Shown piece by piece: positions 62,077 to 64,000 of a stretch of DNA of 64,000 nt. A model generated the notes under the pieces. It was given only the letters and a program-made list of their open reading frames with translations. It was not told the DNA's origin and searched no databases. Location: the NCBI GenBank assembly GCA_900319345.1, contig ONNZ01000010.1, forward strand, positions 12,946-76,945. The letters are read 5' to 3'. This DNA comes from an uncultured Eubacteriales bacterium. GTDB lineage: Bacteria; Bacillota; Clostridia; Christensenellales; CAG-138. The stretch's first letter is position 1; the number at the start of each line of letters is the position of its first letter. The position numbers and the translations under genes were made by a program.

Positions 62077-62907
62077 ATGAAGAAGCTGTGGAGAAACCGA
62101 CCCATCCTCATCGCTCTGCTGGCGGCAGCGCTCTTTTTGGTGCTGGCGGCGCTGACGGTGGGCCGTCGGTCCGCCTCCCGGGCAGAGGATATGTTCTCCG
62201 GCGCCGTTCTCCCCGTGCAGGAAGCGGTCAGCGACATCACGGACCGGGTCACCGATTTCTTCACCCGCGTTTTCTTTCCCAGCAGCATCCAGCAGGAAAA
62301 CCAGCGGCTGACAAAGCTCGTCTCCGCATATGAGCGGCGGCTCATCCTCTACGAGGCCATGGAGCAGGAGAACGCCCGCCTGGCGGAGCTTTTGGACTAT
62401 GCCTCCGCCAACAGCAATTTCTATTTCATGACCGCGCCTGTTTCCGCCCGGAACCTGGATCCCTATGTGGATACCATCACCGTCCGCGGCGGCTCCAGGA
62501 GCGGCATCACGGAGCAGATGGCGGCGGTGACCGCCCAGGGCATCGTGGGCAGGATCATCGAGGTGGGCGCCACCTATTCCAAGATCCGCACCATGCAGAA
62601 CGAGGATATGCGCATATCCGTCATGGTGGAGCGCACCCGGGAAGAGGGGATGCTGGGAGGACTGGTCATCGAAAACGGACAGCTGGTGGGCATGAAGCTC
62701 TACTATCTGCCCAAGGACGCGGACATACAGGTGGGGGACACCATCGTGACCTCCGGCCTTGGCGGCATCTTCCCCAAGGGGCTGTATGTGGGCAAGGTCA
62801 TCTTCCTCACCGACGAGGACAACGGCGAATACGATGCCTGCGTCACCAGCGACGTGGATTTCGAGCACCTGGAGGAGGTGCTCATCATCCTGGGGAAGGA
62901 GGGCTGA
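62077..62907 (+). CDS. mreC: Rod shape-determining protein MreC
   Basis: 276 aa with an N-terminal TM helix, a coiled coil (ENQRLTKLVSAYE...ENARLAELL) and beta-barrel repeats (GIVGRIIEVG, TSGLGGIFPKGLYVGKV). Confidence 0.85.
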   Translation: MKKLWRNRPILIALLAAALFLVLAALTVGRRSASRAEDMFSGAVLPVQEAVSDITDRVTDFFTRVFFPSSIQQENQRLTKLVSAYERRLILYEAMEQENARLAELLDYASANSNFYFMTAPVSARNLDPYVDTITVRGGSRSGITEQMAAVTAQGIVGRIIEVGATYSKIRTMQNEDMRISVMVERTREEGMLGGLVIENGQLVGMKLYYLPKDADIQVGDTIVTSGLGGIFPKGLYVGKVIFLTDEDNGEYDACVTSDVDFEHLEEVLIILGKEG

Positions 62908-62908
62908 T

Positions 62909-63406
62909 ATGGCGCTGAAAAAGCATGCGGCCCTGATCCTTTCCTTTGTGGCAGCTCTGTTCCTCGATACGGCCGTCCTGCCCAAATGGAATCTGTTCAG
63001 CATGGTCCCCTTCGTGATGCTGGCGTGTATGTTGGCGGCGGAGCAGGTGTTTTCCATTCAGACCGCCATCCTGATCGGGGCCTTGGGCGGGCTCATGGAG
63101 GACCTGCTCTGCGAAAACATGATCGGCCTTACGCCGGCGCTGTGCCTTTTGGCGGCGGTCGCCTATGAAAAACTGCCCAAGGACGGCGATACCAAGCCCA
63201 TCATCCTGGGCCTGTACTGTGGGGCCCTTGCATTCATGGTAGAATTGCTCCGGGCGCTCGCCGCATGGGTCATTGGCATGCGGTTCGCCTTTTGGACGGA
63301 GATGCTCTATGGTGCGCTGCCCCGTGCGCTGCTCACCGGCCTGTGGGCCCTGGCGGGCATGGCGCTGTTCAAACCGCTGCTGAAAAGGCAGGTGGATGCT
63401 GCATGA
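62909..63406 (+). CDS. mreD: Rod shape-determining protein MreD
   Basis: 165 aa counted from ATG 62909 (1 nt after the mreC stop codon). It is polytopic. Confidence 0.7.
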   Translation: MALKKHAALILSFVAALFLDTAVLPKWNLFSMVPFVMLACMLAAEQVFSIQTAILIGALGGLMEDLLCENMIGLTPALCLLAAVAYEKLPKDGDTKPIILGLYCGALAFMVELLRALAAWVIGMRFAFWTEMLYGALPRALLTGLWALAGMALFKPLLKRQVDAA

Positions 63407-64000
63407 CTCGGCAACCGGTCTGGAAACTGAATATACGGCTCCTCCTGATCGCGCTGCTGCTCCTCGCCATGGGCGGCTATCTTTGCTGGGGCCTTATGAA
63501 GCTGTCCGTGGAGGAGACGGAAAGCTATCAGGCGGCGGTGCGGGCCACCAGCATCGTCAACACCTATCAATCCGGCACCCGCGGCACCATCACCGATCGC
63601 TACGGCAACGTGTTGGCCTACGACGAGACCACCTATAACGTAAAATTTTATCGGGACCCGGACAAGACATCCCCCGTGGAGTCCGCCCGCTATACCCATT
63701 CCCTCATGGATGCCATCCGCATCATCGAAGCGGGCGGCGGCACCATCGAAGAACACTTCTATATCAAACTCAACAACGACGGCACCTATCGCTACGACTT
63801 CGGCGTGTCCAGCGAAGCGGCCATCGCCTCTCGGAAGAAGAATTTTGTAGACGCATGCCGCTTCTCCGACCCGGATATCACGCCGGAGAGAGCCTACCTC
63901 ATCCTGCGGGAGAGCTGGCAGATACCGGACGACATGCCCTACGACGAGGCGAAGAAGATCATGTCCATCCGCCAGGACGCGGTGCTCAACAGCTGGCACG
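63403..64000 (+). CDS. mrdA: Penicillin-binding protein 2 (MrdA-type), 5' part; continues beyond the window
   Basis: ATGA overlap with mreD. My own translation reads MTRQPVWKLNIRLLLIALLLLAMGGYL...RGTITDRYGNVLAYDETTYNV, with no stop codon up to nt 64000. Confidence 0.8.
   Translation, partial: MTRQPVWKLNIRLLLIALLLLAMGGYLCWGLMKLSVEETESYQAAVRATSIVNTYQSGTRGTITDRYGNVLAYDETTYNVKFYRDPDKTSPVESARYTHSLMDAIRIIEAGGGTIEEHFYIKLNNDGTYRYDFGVSSEAAIASRKKNFVDACRFSDPDITPERAYLILRESWQIPDDMPYDEAKKIMSIRQDAVLNSWH

Overview
This is high-GC (hand counts of about 60-70% in coding lines) Firmicutes-type chromosomal DNA with AGGAGG-type Shine-Dalgarno (SD, ribosome-binding) sites. By inference it comes from a Clostridia / Oscillospiraceae-like gut anaerobe. 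Nt 1-12388 are the right arm of a siphovirus-like prophage: capsid, connector, major tail, frameshifted chaperone, tape measure, distal tail, fibres and holin-like genes. The prophage ends 1 nt from the 3' end of tRNA-Pro(CGG), with tRNA-Thr(CGU) next to it. The remainder is host DNA. (i) A complete oxidative ornithine-fermentation operon (argF/OTC-ord-ortA-ortB-oraS-oraE-mutL-like-orr). (ii) Small accessory genes: a secreted CHAP-like protein, a HAD hydrolase, a DUF45 metallopeptidase coupled to a DNPH1-like N-glycosidase, a frameshifted CotH lipoprotein and an ArsB/NhaD-type permease. (iii) A selenium-dependent molybdenum hydroxylase operon (ssnA-ygfK-xdh-polyferredoxin), divergent from a six-gene operon ygeY-ygeW-PLP enzyme-ThrC-like-serC-serA. 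(iv) A VTC/DUF4956/phosphodiester-glycosidase operon. (v) A selenium activation/transport island (selD, csd-like, LysR, yedE, yedF, DUF3343). (vi) Housekeeping genes (beta-CASP MBL hydrolase, Mbeg1-like lipase, MntR, lepB, mreC, mreD, PBP2 5' part). No CRISPR array, rRNA, transposase or integrase lies in the window. The observations I consider most worth a second look are these. All 12 consecutive phage structural genes lie in one reading frame, and every spacer is a multiple of 3. An identical 17-nt palindrome sits exactly 15 nt upstream of two phage start codons. A single in-frame TAG separates two tail genes. A terminator-type leader precedes the ssnA operon. ygeY/ygeW are fused in one operon with two PLP enzymes and phosphoserine-synthesis genes. 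The uncharacterised VTC-DUF4956 module is also notable. Many very long ORFs in the track are antisense artefacts of GC-rich third codon positions and were rejected.
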